Positions 1 to 12,030 of a DNA stretch of 64,000 nucleotides are shown piece by piece (positions within the stretch are counted from its first letter, which is position 1; each line of letters begins with the position of its first letter). Position numbers and translations under genes: made by a program. This DNA is from Octopus vulgaris (lineage: Eukaryota): positions 26,784,001-26,848,000 of the forward strand of contig OX597838.1 of the NCBI GenBank assembly GCA_951406725.2, in the 5' to 3' direction. Below the pieces are notes generated by a model. The model did not search any database and was not told the origin of the DNA. It saw only the letters and a list, made by a program, of their open reading frames with translations.

Positions 1-254
1 CTAGGCTTACAAGTACTAGGCCAGGGTCAGTTTGTTTAACTAAAGGCAGTGCTTGTCTGCTAGCAGATCAATCCCAATGGTAGTAATGGAATGTAAAGGT
101 GACTGTAAAGAATTTAGTAACAGTAATAAATAGTTTATCCTTATCTGATATAAGTTAACAAATTCTGCATTCAAAATAGATACAGCCTAAAGGGAGATAA
201 TTTTAGAAAGACTTGAAAGTTAACATAAGATTGTAAGTAGGTAAAGTAAATATA

Positions 255-435
255 ACAAATAATCCAGAATCCTTGTTTGGAACTAGATCGATCCCAAAAT
301 CTAATCAGTTCATGAGGTTAAACATCTCTGAAAGTTTCATCAGAATCCATCCAATGGTTCTTGAGATATCTTGTCCACAGACAAACAAATGCACCTGAAA
401 ACAATACTTCCGTCTTCACTAAGGTGGAGGTAACA
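255..435 (+). mobile_element. Non-autonomous Helitron/Helentron-type (HINE-like) element, 3' part
   Basis: Ends in a palindrome TACTTCCGTCTT-CACT-AAGGTGGAGGTA followed by an A/T-rich end. The body (GATCGATCCCAAAATCTAATCAGTTC...AAGTTTCATCAGAATCC) resembles such elements. Confidence 0.5.
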
Positions 436-669
436 ATAATCCTAGGATGGAATTTATAAACATCTAATGCATTGCTATGTGTGTTTCCATATACATACAT
501 AAGTATAAATAAACCTATAATCAAAGACCTAGCCTTAACTCCTCCAGTTTTCAAGGGTATACCACATTGTGTCCATTCATCAGTGACCAATGAAGACAGT
601 GGCTTTGAGCATATAACACTTTTACAAGGGATGAGGTTGCACAGGACACCTCAGGTATTGGGGCACACA

Positions 670-902
670 TAAGGTGGCGTGTTGGCAGGATCGTTAGCAT
701 GCCAGGCGAAATGCTTAGTGGTATTTCGTCTGCTGTTACGTTCTGAGTTCAAATTCCGCCGAGGTCGACTTTGCCTTTCATCCTTTTGGGGTTGATTAAA
801 TAAGTACCATTTATGCCTTGGGGTCGATATAATCGACTTAATTCATTTGTCTGTCCATGCTTGTCCTCTCTGTGTTTAGCCCCTTGTGGGTAGTAAAGAA
901 AT
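670..902 (+). mobile_element. tRNA-derived SINE, family A monomer
   Basis: tRNA-like head with B-box GAGTTCAAATTCC and core GTCGACTTTGCCTTTCATCC..TAAGTACC. 17-bp TSD AGGTATTGGGGCACACA at 653-669 and 903-919. Confidence 0.9.
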
Positions 903-925
903 AGGTATTGGGGCACACACGGTTG

Positions 926-1440
926 CAGCATGTCACTGCCTCCACCATTTGTCAGTATTTGCTTAGATCATCCTAGGAAACTTCCCAAGTAGCGGCTCAG
1001 CATTATATTTCTTCATCTACCATGACATGTGGCACGTGGTTGACCAACAAGATGCTCAGAAAGAGGATATGATATACAGGATCCGATTGCAGAATCTGAC
1101 TAAGAAAATCAAGCAACATGACCAACCAGTCTGAGATGACGCTCCTGAATCACAGAAGTAACAGGACACATCCCAGTTTCTGAATAGAGTCATTGGATGG
1201 GTGTGAAATCCAACCAATGGTAACTCAAAATCCTGCTAAGGAGTTCAGGTGGCTCCTTGGCGCCCCAGACAGGGTCCATGTCTTACAACTATAAAGCAAG
1301 ACATGGAGGACCAGAGACAAGCGACTTGCTTTTGAAGCATAGTGTAAATAGGGGTACATTATTCAATGTCCCATTTCAATGAAAAAAAAAAAAACAATTT
1401 AATAAGCTGGGTAACAACATAGCAGATCTCAACAGAAGCA
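926..1440 (-). mobile_element. RTE-clade LINE remnant (C-terminal part of ORF, degraded)
   Basis: Minus strand translates to VLHVLLYSCKTWTL (cf. LLYGCETWTL) and ETGMCPVTSVIQERHLRLVGHVA (cf. LRWxGHVAR), with stops and frameshifts. Confidence 0.8.
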
Positions 1441-1549
1441 CCGAACTAAGTAGTGTGTTAGATATAGTTAGAGATCATCCAATAATCCAATTAAACAATG
1501 ATGATGATGACAGTGTATGTATGTACATATATATATATATACATATATA

Positions 1550-1715
1550 TGACAGGCTTCTTTCAGTTTCCATCTACCAAATCCACTCACAAGGCTTTGG
1601 TCGGCCTGAGGCTATGGTGGAAGACACTTGCCCAAGGTGCCATGCAGTGGGACTGAACCCGGAACCATGTGGTTGGTAAGCAAGCTACTCACCACACAGC
1701 CATTCCTGTGCCTAT
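1550..1715 (-). mobile_element. CORE-like SINE, family B, 5' half
   Basis: Reverse complement of GGCTGTGTGGT..AGCTTGCTTACCAACCACATGGTTCCGGGTTCAGTCCCACTG..GGCACCTTGGGCAAGTGTCTT. Confidence 0.85.
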
Positions 1716-1958
1716 ACATAGATACAAATACAAACACATATACGTATACATATACACACATACATACACATGCACACACATATGTAATGTCATGAGAATA
1801 TATGATGTGTGTGTGTGTGTTTGTAGAGCAGTTGATTAGCCACTCTCTGAAGAGATGAGAATGAGGTGATTTCAGTGCAGCCAATAATGTATGAACAGGG
1901 GAGGAGTTGTAGGTGGGGGGGGGGGAACATACTAGGCTAATAAATATCACTCTTATAT

Positions 1959-1959
<1 letters not shown>

Positions 1960-2021
<62 letters not shown>

Positions 2022-2325
2022 CCCATAAATGACTTAACATTATGCTAGCATGGAAAGTAGACATTAAAAGATGATATATACATATATACACACAAAAACA
2101 CATACATATATATACTCATGCATACACACACACACGTATATACACACACACACATATATATATACATACACACACACACATATATATACACATACAAATC
2201 TATATATATACATACACACCTATATATATACATACACACACACATCTATATATATGTATACACACACATATGCATACATACACACACACACCTATATATA
2301 TGTATACACACACATATGCATACAT

Positions 2326-2372
<47 letters not shown>

Positions 2373-2381
2373 TAAATGCAT

Positions 2382-2438
<57 letters not shown>

Positions 2439-2447
2439 TAAATGCAT

Positions 2448-2490
<43 letters not shown>

Positions 2491-2495
2491 TACAA
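1960..2495. repeat. (GT)n and compound TA/CA microsatellite
   Basis: Directly visible; source of the YI/HT-rich spurious ORFs. Confidence 0.95.
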
Positions 2496-3413
2496 ATAAA
2501 TATGTGGAATAATAAAGCTCATTCATTTATGGACCACAATGTTATATGTATGTATGTGTGTGTGTGCGTGTGTGTGGGTGGGTATTATGGGTGTAGATGA
2601 AAGAGTATGAGGGTGGGTGGGCAGTGGAAAGTTTATGGGGCTTCTGAGTAAAATTTATTACTATCCATAAAAATCATGCCCCTCCCACCCTGGGACCATA
2701 TCTTTATTTCTTTTCAGTTTCATATTTTCTGACAGCAAACATAGTCACCAGGAAGAAGGTTAGAGAAGTAGAGAGAGAAAGAGACATAGAGAGAGTGGGG
2801 AAAGTATCGAGAGGTGAGAGGAGAGAGGATGAAAAGGTAGATACGAAGAGAGAGAGAGAGAGAGAGAGAGAATGAGTAAGATTAAAAGACAGGAAAATCT
2901 CCAAAAGCCTTACAAATATGAAACGAAGATGGCACCGGCAAACATGGTCTTTGTTTTACAGATGGCTTTCAGTAACCAAACCCAACAACTGGTAATACAT
3001 CCTGAGCCAATGGGAGAGCAACTACATGGTCAAATAACAAACTAAAAATAACAGCCAAATATTCCTCAAATCAAACCCTACTCTCTTTAACAAAAAAAAA
3101 AAAAAAAGGAAAGCTGCTTTAGATAATGCAAACCTAGATGCACACAGCAGATGCAGCATGGTCAAATGTTTTAAGAAGTCCACTTTGCAATCCTGATGCT
3201 CCTGGTTCAATCCCAGTGTGAGGAATTTTGAACAATTGTCTTTTAATATACCATTGGGCAATGATCCAAGCCTCACTGCATGACACTCATTCTAACCTAT
3301 GAATTACATCGATGGTACAGCCACTTGTATGGTAATTCATTGAACAAGAGGTTCATTCGACAGAACAACAGAATACTCAATGTCTAAACTGGCAGAGATC
3401 CATTTATTTAAAT

Positions 3414-3580
3414 ATTGGGTCATCCCATAAATAATGCAATTTTTTTATACTTTTATTTTTCAAAATTAAGATAAACAAAGTTTCTTGTTTAATCTAAAAT
3501 ATACTCTCCTTCATTTTATACAAGGCTCTTCCATCTATCTGGTAGACTTGCAAGGCCCCTCTTCCAAAATTCACTGGCCA
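3414..3580 (-). mobile_element. Mariner-type transposon remnant (terminal repeat plus transposase C-terminus)
   Basis: Minus strand reads SEFWKRGLASLPDRWKSLV*NEGEYILD*, resembling the mariner C-terminal FyxxGIxxLxxRWxxxxxxxGxY motif. TATTGGGTCATCCCATAAATAATGC is a likely terminus. Confidence 0.65.
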
Positions 3581-3589
3581 TATCTGACC

Positions 3590-3868
3590 CAAATATTGTT
3601 ATGTTCTTGAGCAAGACACTTTATTTCACATTGCTCCAGCTCAATCAGCTGTAGAAATGAGTTGCGATGTCACTGGTGCCAAGCTGTATCGGGCCCCTTT
3701 GCCTTTCCTTTGGATGACATCAATGGCATAGAGAGAAGAGAAGGCTGGTATGCATGGGTGACTGCTGGTCATCCATAAAGAACCTTGCCCAGACTCGTGC
3801 CTCAGAGGGGAACCTTCTAGGTGCAATCCCATGGTCATTCATGATTGAAGGGGGACTTTACCCTTTAT
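3590..3868 (+). mobile_element. SINE with V/Meta-like central domain (family D variant), 5'-truncated
   Basis: TGTTCTTGAGCAAGACACTTTATTTCACATTGCTCCAG..CAGCTGTAGAAATG. A related copy lies on the minus strand at 7120-7325. Confidence 0.7.
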
Positions 3869-3919
3869 ATATGGTAATTAATTAGGGGCACTAGAAATAT
3901 CTTTCATATAGGTCTAGAT

Positions 3920-4138
3920 CAGTGGTTTTCAAACTTTTTGCTGGAGCGGAACTCCAAGGAAACATTCCACTGGCTCGAGGAACCCCTGTGCAATAATTTG
4001 ATAGTCTTCTGCACACATATCTGCACAGGAGAATTAAAAATTACTGCGGATTTTAGCAGTTTTGTAACTTCTTGCAGAACCCCTGGACTGTACTGGCAGA
4101 ACCCTAAGGTTCCGAGGAACCCTGGTTGAAAACCACTG
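3920..4138. mobile_element. hAT (Charlie-type) MITE
   Basis: TIRs CAGTGGTTTTCAA / TTGAAAACCACTG. Perfect 8-bp TSD GTCTAGAT (3912-3919, 4139-4146) fits the NTCTAGAN target. Confidence 0.92.
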
Positions 4139-4402
4139 GTCTAGATGTTTAAATTCACATTTGTCTCTGTTAAATGTTGCACTCAATAACCCTAACCTAG
4201 AAATATACAAAATAGCAGGGAAAACAAAAAACAAAAAACAAATAGAAAAACAGAACAAAGACAAACACATTTTCTAATTTCTACCCCACCCCCACTTCAT
4301 TACCTATTCAGCATCAACGGACTCTTTACTTTAACGAAGATTAGACTATCAAAATACTAATTAGTTAATTTCTTTCACAAGTTTGTTTGTATCTTATCAA
4401 GT

Positions 4403-4745
4403 TAGCAGTAGTAGTAGTAGTAGTAGTAGTAGCAGCAGCAGCAGTGATGATAGTAGTAGTAGTAGTAGTAGTAGTAGTAGCAGCAGCAGATAGATAGTAG
4501 TAGCAGTGATAGTAGTAATAATAGTAGTAGTAGTAGTAGTAGTAGTGATAGTAGTAGTAGTAGTGATAGTAGTAGCAGCAGCAGCTGTGATAGTAGTAGT
4601 AGTAGTAGTAATAGTAGTGGTGGTGGTGGTGGTTGTAGTAGTAGTGGTGGTTGTAGTAGTTGTAGTAGTAGTTGTAGTAGTAGCAGCAGTAGTTGTAGTA
4701 GTAGCAGTGATAGTAGTAGTAGTAGCAGCAGCAGCAGCGGTGGTG

Positions 4746-4776
<31 letters not shown>

Positions 4777-4785
4777 CAGCAGTAG
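4403..4785. repeat. (TAG/CAG/TGG)n trinucleotide microsatellite
   Basis: Directly visible. Confidence 0.95.
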
Positions 4786-5483
4786 TTTAGCCCTGAGTCA
4801 GCTGTGAGGGAACAGACCTGTGAAGGTTTTTTTTTTTGCTCTCTTAGTTTCTTATTGTTTTTTGATTGCATAAAGTACTGAAGAACCTGACTGAGCCGAC
4901 TTAAAATCAAAGGAGCTCCTTCCATGACCACCCCAATTTAATTTTTCCTCCAATGTGTACATAGGTTCAGATATGGGTGTGAGGTTAAGAAGCTCACTTT
5001 CCAACCACATGGTTTCAGGCTCAATCCCAGCTTGTGTGTGTGTGTGCACGCGTGCGTGTGTTCTTTTTTATTATTATTTCAAGGGGAGATGGCAGAATGG
5101 TTAGCACACTGGGCAAAACGCTTACCGGTATTTCATCTGCTGTTACGTTCTGAGTTCAAATAACACCAAAGTTGACTTTGCCTTTATCCATTCGGGGTCA
5201 ATTAAATAAGTACCAGTTATGCACTGGGGTTGATGTAATTGACCTAATCCCTTTGTCTGTCCCCCACTAAGTTTACCCCCCACCCCCACCCATGGGCAAG
5301 AAATAACTATTATTTGAAGCTGAAATTACAGATTGTAACTTAGATTCACATTTTGTAACGCTGGATTGATTATATCGCTGTGTATCTTTTGGCTCACTCT
5401 TCCTCTCACTATCTCCTCACAGATACAACACAGACCTTCATGTATATATATACACATATCTACATACATATAAATACACACAC

Positions 5484-5522
<39 letters not shown>

Positions 5523-5526
<4 letters not shown>

Positions 5527-5715
5527 CATGGTCGTTAGCCACTACACACATTTTTTTCTTTCCTTGTTTCTCTCTTAGTTTTTTGTGTCCCTTTCTGTAG
5601 AAGAGTATAGGCTCGAAATGTAAAAGACTTTTTCTATTCCTGAGCGTTATACTAATACATCTGTTTGATTTGTACACCACCTGTCTTCGTCTTTGGTTTT
5701 TTCATAAACTCACCC
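5523..5715 (+). mobile_element. ~200-bp Penelope-like (pLTR-type) element with hammerhead motif, copy 1
   Basis: Flanked by (TA)n. Shares the hammerhead-like block and CTGAGCG..TAATAC with 16365-16571 and 53730-53925. Confidence 0.6.
5591..5626 (+). ncRNA. Degenerate minimal type I hammerhead ribozyme motif
   Basis: CTTT-CTGTAGA-A-GAGT-ATAG-GCTC-GAAAT-GTA-AAAG; core A6 is replaced by U. Confidence 0.45.
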
Positions 5716-5870
5716 TATATATATAAATATATACACACATACACACACATATACATACACAAAAATATATGCGTAGAAAGGAGATGCAACAGTATATAAT
5801 TTAGGGGAATAAACCATTCACTGAGAGGGCCAGGAAGGGTTTAAACAAATAAATCAGTTGGTTTTGGGGC

Positions 5871-5910
<40 letters not shown>

Positions 5911-6919
5911 TAGAGAAAGAGAGAATGTGTGTGTGTGTGTGTCTCTCTCTCTCTCTCTCTCTCTCTTAATACCCTCCTCCACTACTGTCCCCCAACCCAC
6001 TCACCATCCACTGGACAGCTGAGATGCCATAACATTCCTGCAAGCTCCTACAGACATGTAATCCATTAAGTCAGCCTCATTAAGTGTGTTGACAGGGGGG
6101 CTGTGACGCTAAAGAAAGATGGACTATGGCACGGGGGGGGGGGGGGGAGTGTGTGGTGGCAAGGGGTTGAGTGGAGATTAAGAAAATGTCCCCTTTCAGA
6201 TATAGGACCTGACACTCTACCTTCCAGCCATTAACACCCTGCTCCCTGCCCCACCACCAACACCACACCCTCCACCCATTCCAGCAAGCAATAATAACAA
6301 ACACTTATGTAAACACTTCCATCTTAAGAACATTGGCAACAAGGTCAACATCAATCAGCAGCTCTCCACCCTCGGCCACCCCAACAAACACCACACCCTG
6401 CCAGAGTGGGGATGGGGGTGGGTTGGCTGGCAGTGGCCGGGAGGAGGAGGAGGATTATAAAAGACTGAATTAATTCCATTTTTCTGGAGTTTTTTCTATT
6501 TTTATTTTTATTTTTCAAATGAGCAGTAACTTGGATAAAATCCACAACAAAATACTTCTTCCTTTTTTTTCAATATGTTCTTGTAATGATAGGGGACACA
6601 CCAACTAAATTATTGTAATTCTTAGGGAACACACAAAACATGAGTTGGAACAACAACAACAACAACATGCTCAAAAAATTGCTCTCTTAGAGACTGTGAG
6701 GATTTTGAGATTGGTTGTTGGGTGTTAGGGATCTTCCACAACACTTAACATCTAGGTACCAAGTTTATAATTCATGGAAAGAGACCCCCACCACCGAGAA
6801 ACCTTGTGAGATCTTTGACAACAGGTTGCCATCTGCTGTCACAGAATTAACTGAAGCAAAAGGAAATCAAGAGCTTTGAGAAGTAAAATTTAATAATAAT
6901 ATCAACAATAAGGCATAGG

Positions 6920-7115
6920 CTTGCTTCCCAACCACATGGTTCCAGGTTCAGTCCCACTGTGTGGCACCTTGGGCAAGTGTCTTCTACTATAGCCTTGGAC
7001 CAACCAAAGCCTTGTGAGTTGATTTGGTAGACGTAAACTGAAAGAAGCCCATCACACACACATTTATGTGTCTGCGTTTGTCCCCCCACTGTCGTTTGAC
7101 AACCAATGTTGGTTG
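6920..7115 (+). mobile_element. CORE-like SINE, family B (partial)
   Basis: Matches the family B head and the TGTCCCCCC..GACAACC segment. Confidence 0.85.
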
Positions 7116-7119
7116 TTTG

Positions 7120-7325
7120 TGAAGGGCAGCAGTCACCCATGCATACCAGCCTCCTCTCTCCACACCACTGATGTCGCAACACATTTCTACAGCTGAGTTA
7201 ACTGGAGCAACATGAAATAAAGTGTCTTGCCCAAAAACACAACACGCAGCCTGGTCCGGGAATCAAACTCACAACCTCATGATCGTAAGCTCGACACTCT
7301 AACCACTGAGCCATGCACCTTCACT
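7120..7325 (-). mobile_element. tRNA-derived SINE, family D
   Basis: Minus-strand tRNA head TGGCTCAGTGGTTAGAGTGTC..GAGTTTGATTCCC followed by GCGTGTTGTGTTTTTGGGCAAGACACTT. Confidence 0.8.
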
Positions 7326-7603
7326 AATTGTGATAATTATTGTGATAACTGTAGTACCAAAAACCACCAAATATATGAAAAATAATGATGCTGATTATAG
7401 GTATCAACAATAGGGCAAATGCAAAATGAATTCCCCAGTCGGCGCCATTATGTATTGTAATACACATAGATGGAGTCTCACATATGTAATAGTATAGTGA
7501 ACTAAAAAACTGGATAACCGAAATTATCTTTGTAATTAATTTTGAGACCTGAGTCAATGTAATTGACTAATCACTCTTCCACCCAAACATTTTATTCTGG
7601 AGC

Positions 7604-7681
7604 TCACCGAAATTAAGCAGCGCTGAGCTCAGTTGGTACTTAAGATGGGTGACCGTTTGGGAAAATGTACATGCTGTAAGT
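7604..7681 (+). pseudogene. 5S rRNA-derived fragment (3' two-thirds)
   Basis: TCACCGAAATTAAGCAGCGCTGAGCTCAGTTGGTACTTAAGATGGGTGACCGTTTGGGAAAATGTACATGCTGTAAG aligns by eye with invertebrate 5S rRNA (TCACCGAAGTTAAGCAACG..GTTAGTACTTGGATGGGTGACCGCCTGGGAATACCGGGTGCTGTAGG). The 5' third is missing. Confidence 0.8.
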
Positions 7682-7695
7682 AAAATCTTTAGTTC

Positions 7696-7875
7696 AGGCG
7701 GCAAGCTGGCGGAATCATTACCATGCCAACCAAAATGCTTAGCAGCATTTCTTCCCTCTTAAGGCTCTGACTTCAAATTCTGCTAAAGTTTACATTGCCT
7801 TTCAGGGTTGATGTAATCAACTGGCCCCTCTCCGCCAAAATTTCAGGCTTTATGCCTATAATACAAAGGGTTATT
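7696..7875 (+). mobile_element. SINE family A variant (degraded)
   Basis: AGGCGGCAAGCTGGCGGAATC head and CTTCAAATTC B-box remnant. Confidence 0.75.
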
Positions 7876-8225
7876 ATGTGTTTTTCTTCTACCTTCAATT
7901 TTGTTTCCATTTCTTACTGAGTGTCTTCCTGACAGCTAGGGGAAAAAACAAAAAAAAAACTCACTATATACACTAAGACACTAAAATAAACAAACCCATT
8001 TGTTCATTTACAAGTTCAAAGTTATGAAAAAAAAGTATTATTTACACAGAAGGCTATCGTTCTCACAGCAACATACCAGTCAAAGCAATTTTTTTGCATT
8101 TCTTGCAGGAATCATTCCCAAATAATTTTCAGTTCTTTCTATGATGATTCCCAGTGCTCCAACAATCATTGGTAGTGTAACCACCTTCAGATACCACACA
8201 TTTTTTTTTCCCATTTTCTATGAGC

Positions 8226-8810
8226 AATTTGAACTCAAAACGTATAGACAGACAAAATACCTATTTCTTTACTACCCACAAGGGGCTAAAAACAGAGAGG
8301 ACAAACAAAGACAGACAAACAGATTAAGTTGATTATATCGACCCCAGTGCGTAACTGGTACTTATTTAATCATCCCCGAAAGGATGAAAGGCAAAGTCAA
8401 TCTCGGCAGAATTTGAACTCAGAACGTAACAGCAGACGAAATATGGCTATGCATTTCGCCTGGTGTGCTAATGTTTCTGCCAGCTCGTCACATATTCTGA
8501 CTTCAAATTCAACTGAGGTCGACTTTGCTTTTTATCCTTTTGGGGTCGATAAATTAAGTACCAGTGAAACACTGGGGTGGAGGTAATTGATTACTCCCTT
8601 CCCCGCAAATTTCAGGCTTTGTGCCTATAGTATTAAGGATTATTGTTGTTAAGGCAGCAAGCTGGCAAAATTGTTAGCACACCAGGCAAAATGCTTAGCG
8701 GCTTTTGTCCATCTTAGAATATGCTGTAAGTTCTTAGTTCAAGTTCCGCTGAGGTCGACTCCCCCAAAGTTTCAGGCCTTATGCCTTTAGTAGAAAGGAT
8801 AATTATCGTT
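8226..8810. mobile_element. Cluster of family A SINEs (minus-strand dimer 8226-8490, then two plus-strand copies)
   Basis: Repeated family A core in both orientations. The junction AAAATACCTATTTCTTTACTACCC is present in the minus copy. Confidence 0.85.
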
Positions 8811-9109
8811 GTTGTTGTCTTCTTCTTCCAATCAGGACTCACGCCATTAGCCACAAAGAATAATCCTTAATTTGAGCCTACTCTAAGCTACTAAGAATGC
8901 GTGTGGCAACTTGAAGATCCACCCACCACATGCAATAGTATGGCAGTTGCACGGGCGCGAAAGCTATGTTGTTATTCTCATTCCATAAATGGTGGCTTTT
9001 AATGGGTGGAGAGCTGAACCATCCTAGGGTACAGAGGATTCGCAATCTAGACTAGGGTCTGAAAGTTTACCATACCATTAGTGGGTCACACCCTGGTTCT
9101 TCTGCTTTG

Positions 9110-9553
9110 TGGCAGAAGTAGGAAGAAAGAGAGAGAAAGTTGTGGTGAAAGAGTACATATTTCTTTATTACCCACAAGGGGCTAAATATAGAGGAGACAA
9201 ACAAGGACAGACATAGGTATTAAGTTGATTACATTGACCCCAGTGCGTAACTGGTACTTAATTTATCAACCCCAAAAGGATGAATGGCAAAGTCGACCTC
9301 AGTGGAATTTGAACTCACAATGTAACGACAGACGAAATACTGCTAAGCATTTCGTCCGGCGTGCTAACGACTCTGCCAGCTCGCCGCCGTGGTGAAAGAG
9401 TACAGCGGGGTTCACCACCACCCCACCATTGGAGCCTTGTGGAGCTTAGATGTTTTTGCTCAATAAACACTCACAATGCCCGGTCTGGGAATTGAAATCG
9501 CCTTCTTACGACTGTGAGTCCGCTGCCCTAACCACTGGGCCACTGCGCCTCCA
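9110..9553 (-). mobile_element. tRNA-Arg-like SINE (family C) interrupted by a family A SINE at 9158-9388
   Basis: 16-bp TSD GTGGTGAAAGAGTACA at 9142-9157 and 9389-9404. The host matches the intact copy at 45277-45661. Confidence 0.9.
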
Positions 9554-9944
9554 CTGTTGTTGTTGTTGTTGTTATTAGCATGTTGGACAGAATAATCTCT
9601 GACATAAGAGTATGGACTTTCAAGATAGCAAACCTATCTATTTAAGAATTACTATGAATTCTCCAGCCTTCCTGATTTTCCTGCTTTTCTACTTAATATT
9701 TATACTCGCTTCTGTCGTATCATTAATCATTAAATGTTTTGCTGCCATTAATAACCACCTATCCATCTTTTATTTAATTATACTTTCATTAGCTCGACTG
9801 ACAACATCGCCCACAGCCAACTCTTGTCTGTCTGCATGCCATCTTCTTTTGTTTCAAACTGGATTTTATGTCTCTGATCTGTTCTGAGCAATAAATGTCT
9901 ATCTATTATACATCTTCTCAAAATATTCTTACTACTTAATACGT

Positions 9945-10532
9945 ATCATCATCATCATTTGATGTCTGTTTTCCATGCTGGTATGGGTTGGACAGTATCA
10001 GAGGATCTGGCAAGGTTGGAGAGCTACACCAGACCCCAGTTGTCTGTTCTGGCATGGTTTTTACAGCTGGATACCTTTTCTAATGTTAACCACTTTACAG
10101 AGTGAATTGGGTGCTTTTTACAAGGCCCCATTTTTTTTTTGTGATAAATATTCCATATTTTTTGTGTAATGTGTGTGTATGTATATATATGTGTGTGTGT
10201 GCGACCTGCTGTGCTTGTGGACCTATTGAGTCAAGGACATCAACATCAAAATAAAAAAAATCGAACAGAAATTGAAGTTGTAATACCTGTGCCGGTGGCA
10301 CGTAAAAAGCACCATCTGAACGTGGCCGATGCCAGCACCGGCTTGACTGGCTTCCGAGCCGGTGACACGTAAAAAGCACCAACCGATCATGACCGCTGCC
10401 AGCCTCCCCTGGCACCTGTGCCAATGGCACGTAAAAGCACCCACTACACTCACGGAGTGGTTGGTGTTAGGAAGGGCATCCAGCTGTCCAGATCCCGCTG
10501 GCATGGAAAACAGATGTTAAACGATGATGATG
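9945..10532. mobile_element. Two family E ((GAT)n-tailed) retroelements, head-to-head
   Basis: Left end (CAT)n-TTGATGTCTGTTTTCCATGCTGG; right end GCATGGAAAACAGATGTTAAACGATGATGATG; internal GGTGGCACGTAAAAAGCACC modules. Confidence 0.8.
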
Positions 10533-10574
10533 AATGTGTGTATTTCTTATTCTACTATATTCTATTCATTTCTT

Positions 10575-10930
10575 AGTTTCAGTCATTTGACTGTGGCCAT
10601 GCTGGAGTCAAGCAAATCAACCCAAGGACTAATTCTATCAGTCTCCTTTTGCAGAACTGCTAAGTTACAGGGACATAAACACACCAGCATTGGTTGTCAA
10701 GCGATGTTGGTGGGGGAGGGGGAAACAAACACACACATACACACATATATATATATATATATATATACAACAGGGTTCTTTTAGTTTCCATCTACCATTT
10801 CCACTCACAAGGCTTTGGTTAGCCTGAGGCTTTAGTATAAGACACTTGCCCAAGGTGCCATGCAGTAGGACTGAACCTGGAACCATGTGGTTGCTAAGCA
10901 AGCTGCTTACCACACAGCCACATCTGCGCA
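10575..10930 (-). mobile_element. CORE-like SINE, family B, near full length
   Basis: Both halves present with an internal TA/CA microsatellite. Confidence 0.88.
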
Positions 10931-10938
10931 TATATATG

Positions 10939-10973
<35 letters not shown>

Positions 10974-11709
10974 TCCTTAAATCCTTAAAAATGTTTTAGC
11001 CCGAAGGCCGCAGCCATGCTGGGGCACCACCGCTGAAAGACTTTTTAGTTCAAGACAGTTTTTTTTTTTGTGTTTTGGGGTTGACTCAATTATTTAGTTG
11101 GACCCTTTTCTAGTTGTTGTTTTTGTTGTAGTCTTTCTATAGTGTCAGGACAGCTCTGATCAAACGGCTGTATCTCAAGCAAAAACACTTTGAAATATCT
11201 ACCACTGGAATTTGAACTGATGACCTATGAGTATGTGGCCTAATAATGCCCCACACCCACCAACTCCTACTTAGTCAGAGCCACTCTACCTCTACTCATA
11301 CAGCCAGCACACATACCTGCACACAGGAAAATGTTTGGCTGGCTGGTTGGTTGGTTAGTTGGCTGGTTGGTTGATGGATTGTAGACAGAGGGAGACAGAC
11401 AGACAGACAGGTAGGGCAGATATGATAATAATGTACATATATAGATATAATAAAGCTATTTTAGTATGAAAGAACATAAGAAAAGGGAGGGGAAAGGAAT
11501 GTAAAGACAATAAGTTGAAGGGGAGAAGAGGGGGGTGGAGAAATATGGAGTAGGACATGGAGTCCTGGGGGTGGGGTAGTGTGTATGTGTGTGTATTTAA
11601 GACAAAGAAATTGTGAAGAACTGGTTATATGGGTGTCAAGTATGTTGAGTCAGTTATCAAAGCAGCCCCCTCACACCTACACCTGTGTGTGTGTGTGCAT
11701 GCATATGTG

Positions 11710-11888
11710 AGTGAGAGAATAAGAGAGAGAGAGAGAGAATGAGAGAGAGAGAGGGAATGAGAGAGAGAGAATGAGAGAGAGAGAGGGAATGAGAGAGAGA
11801 GGGAATGAGAGAGAGAGAATGAGAGAGAGAGAATGAGAGAGAGAGAATGAGAATGAGAGAGAGAGAATGAGAGAGAAAGAGAAAGAGG
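11710..11888. repeat. (GA)nAT minisatellite
   Basis: Repeats of GAGAGAGAGAGAAT. Confidence 0.9.
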
Positions 11889-11990
11889 CATCACTCAAAA
11901 TATGTATGTGCGAATGAAAGGGTTTCACCCCTGTCTTGTGTGTTGGGTATGCAGGGTGTAAAAGGGCTCCACCCTAGTCATGTGAATGCA

Positions 11991-12030
<40 letters not shown>

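Noticed and set aside
7604-7681. Functional 5S rRNA gene
   Set aside because: The 5' third is missing, there are many substitutions, and there is no oligo-T terminator or tandem array.
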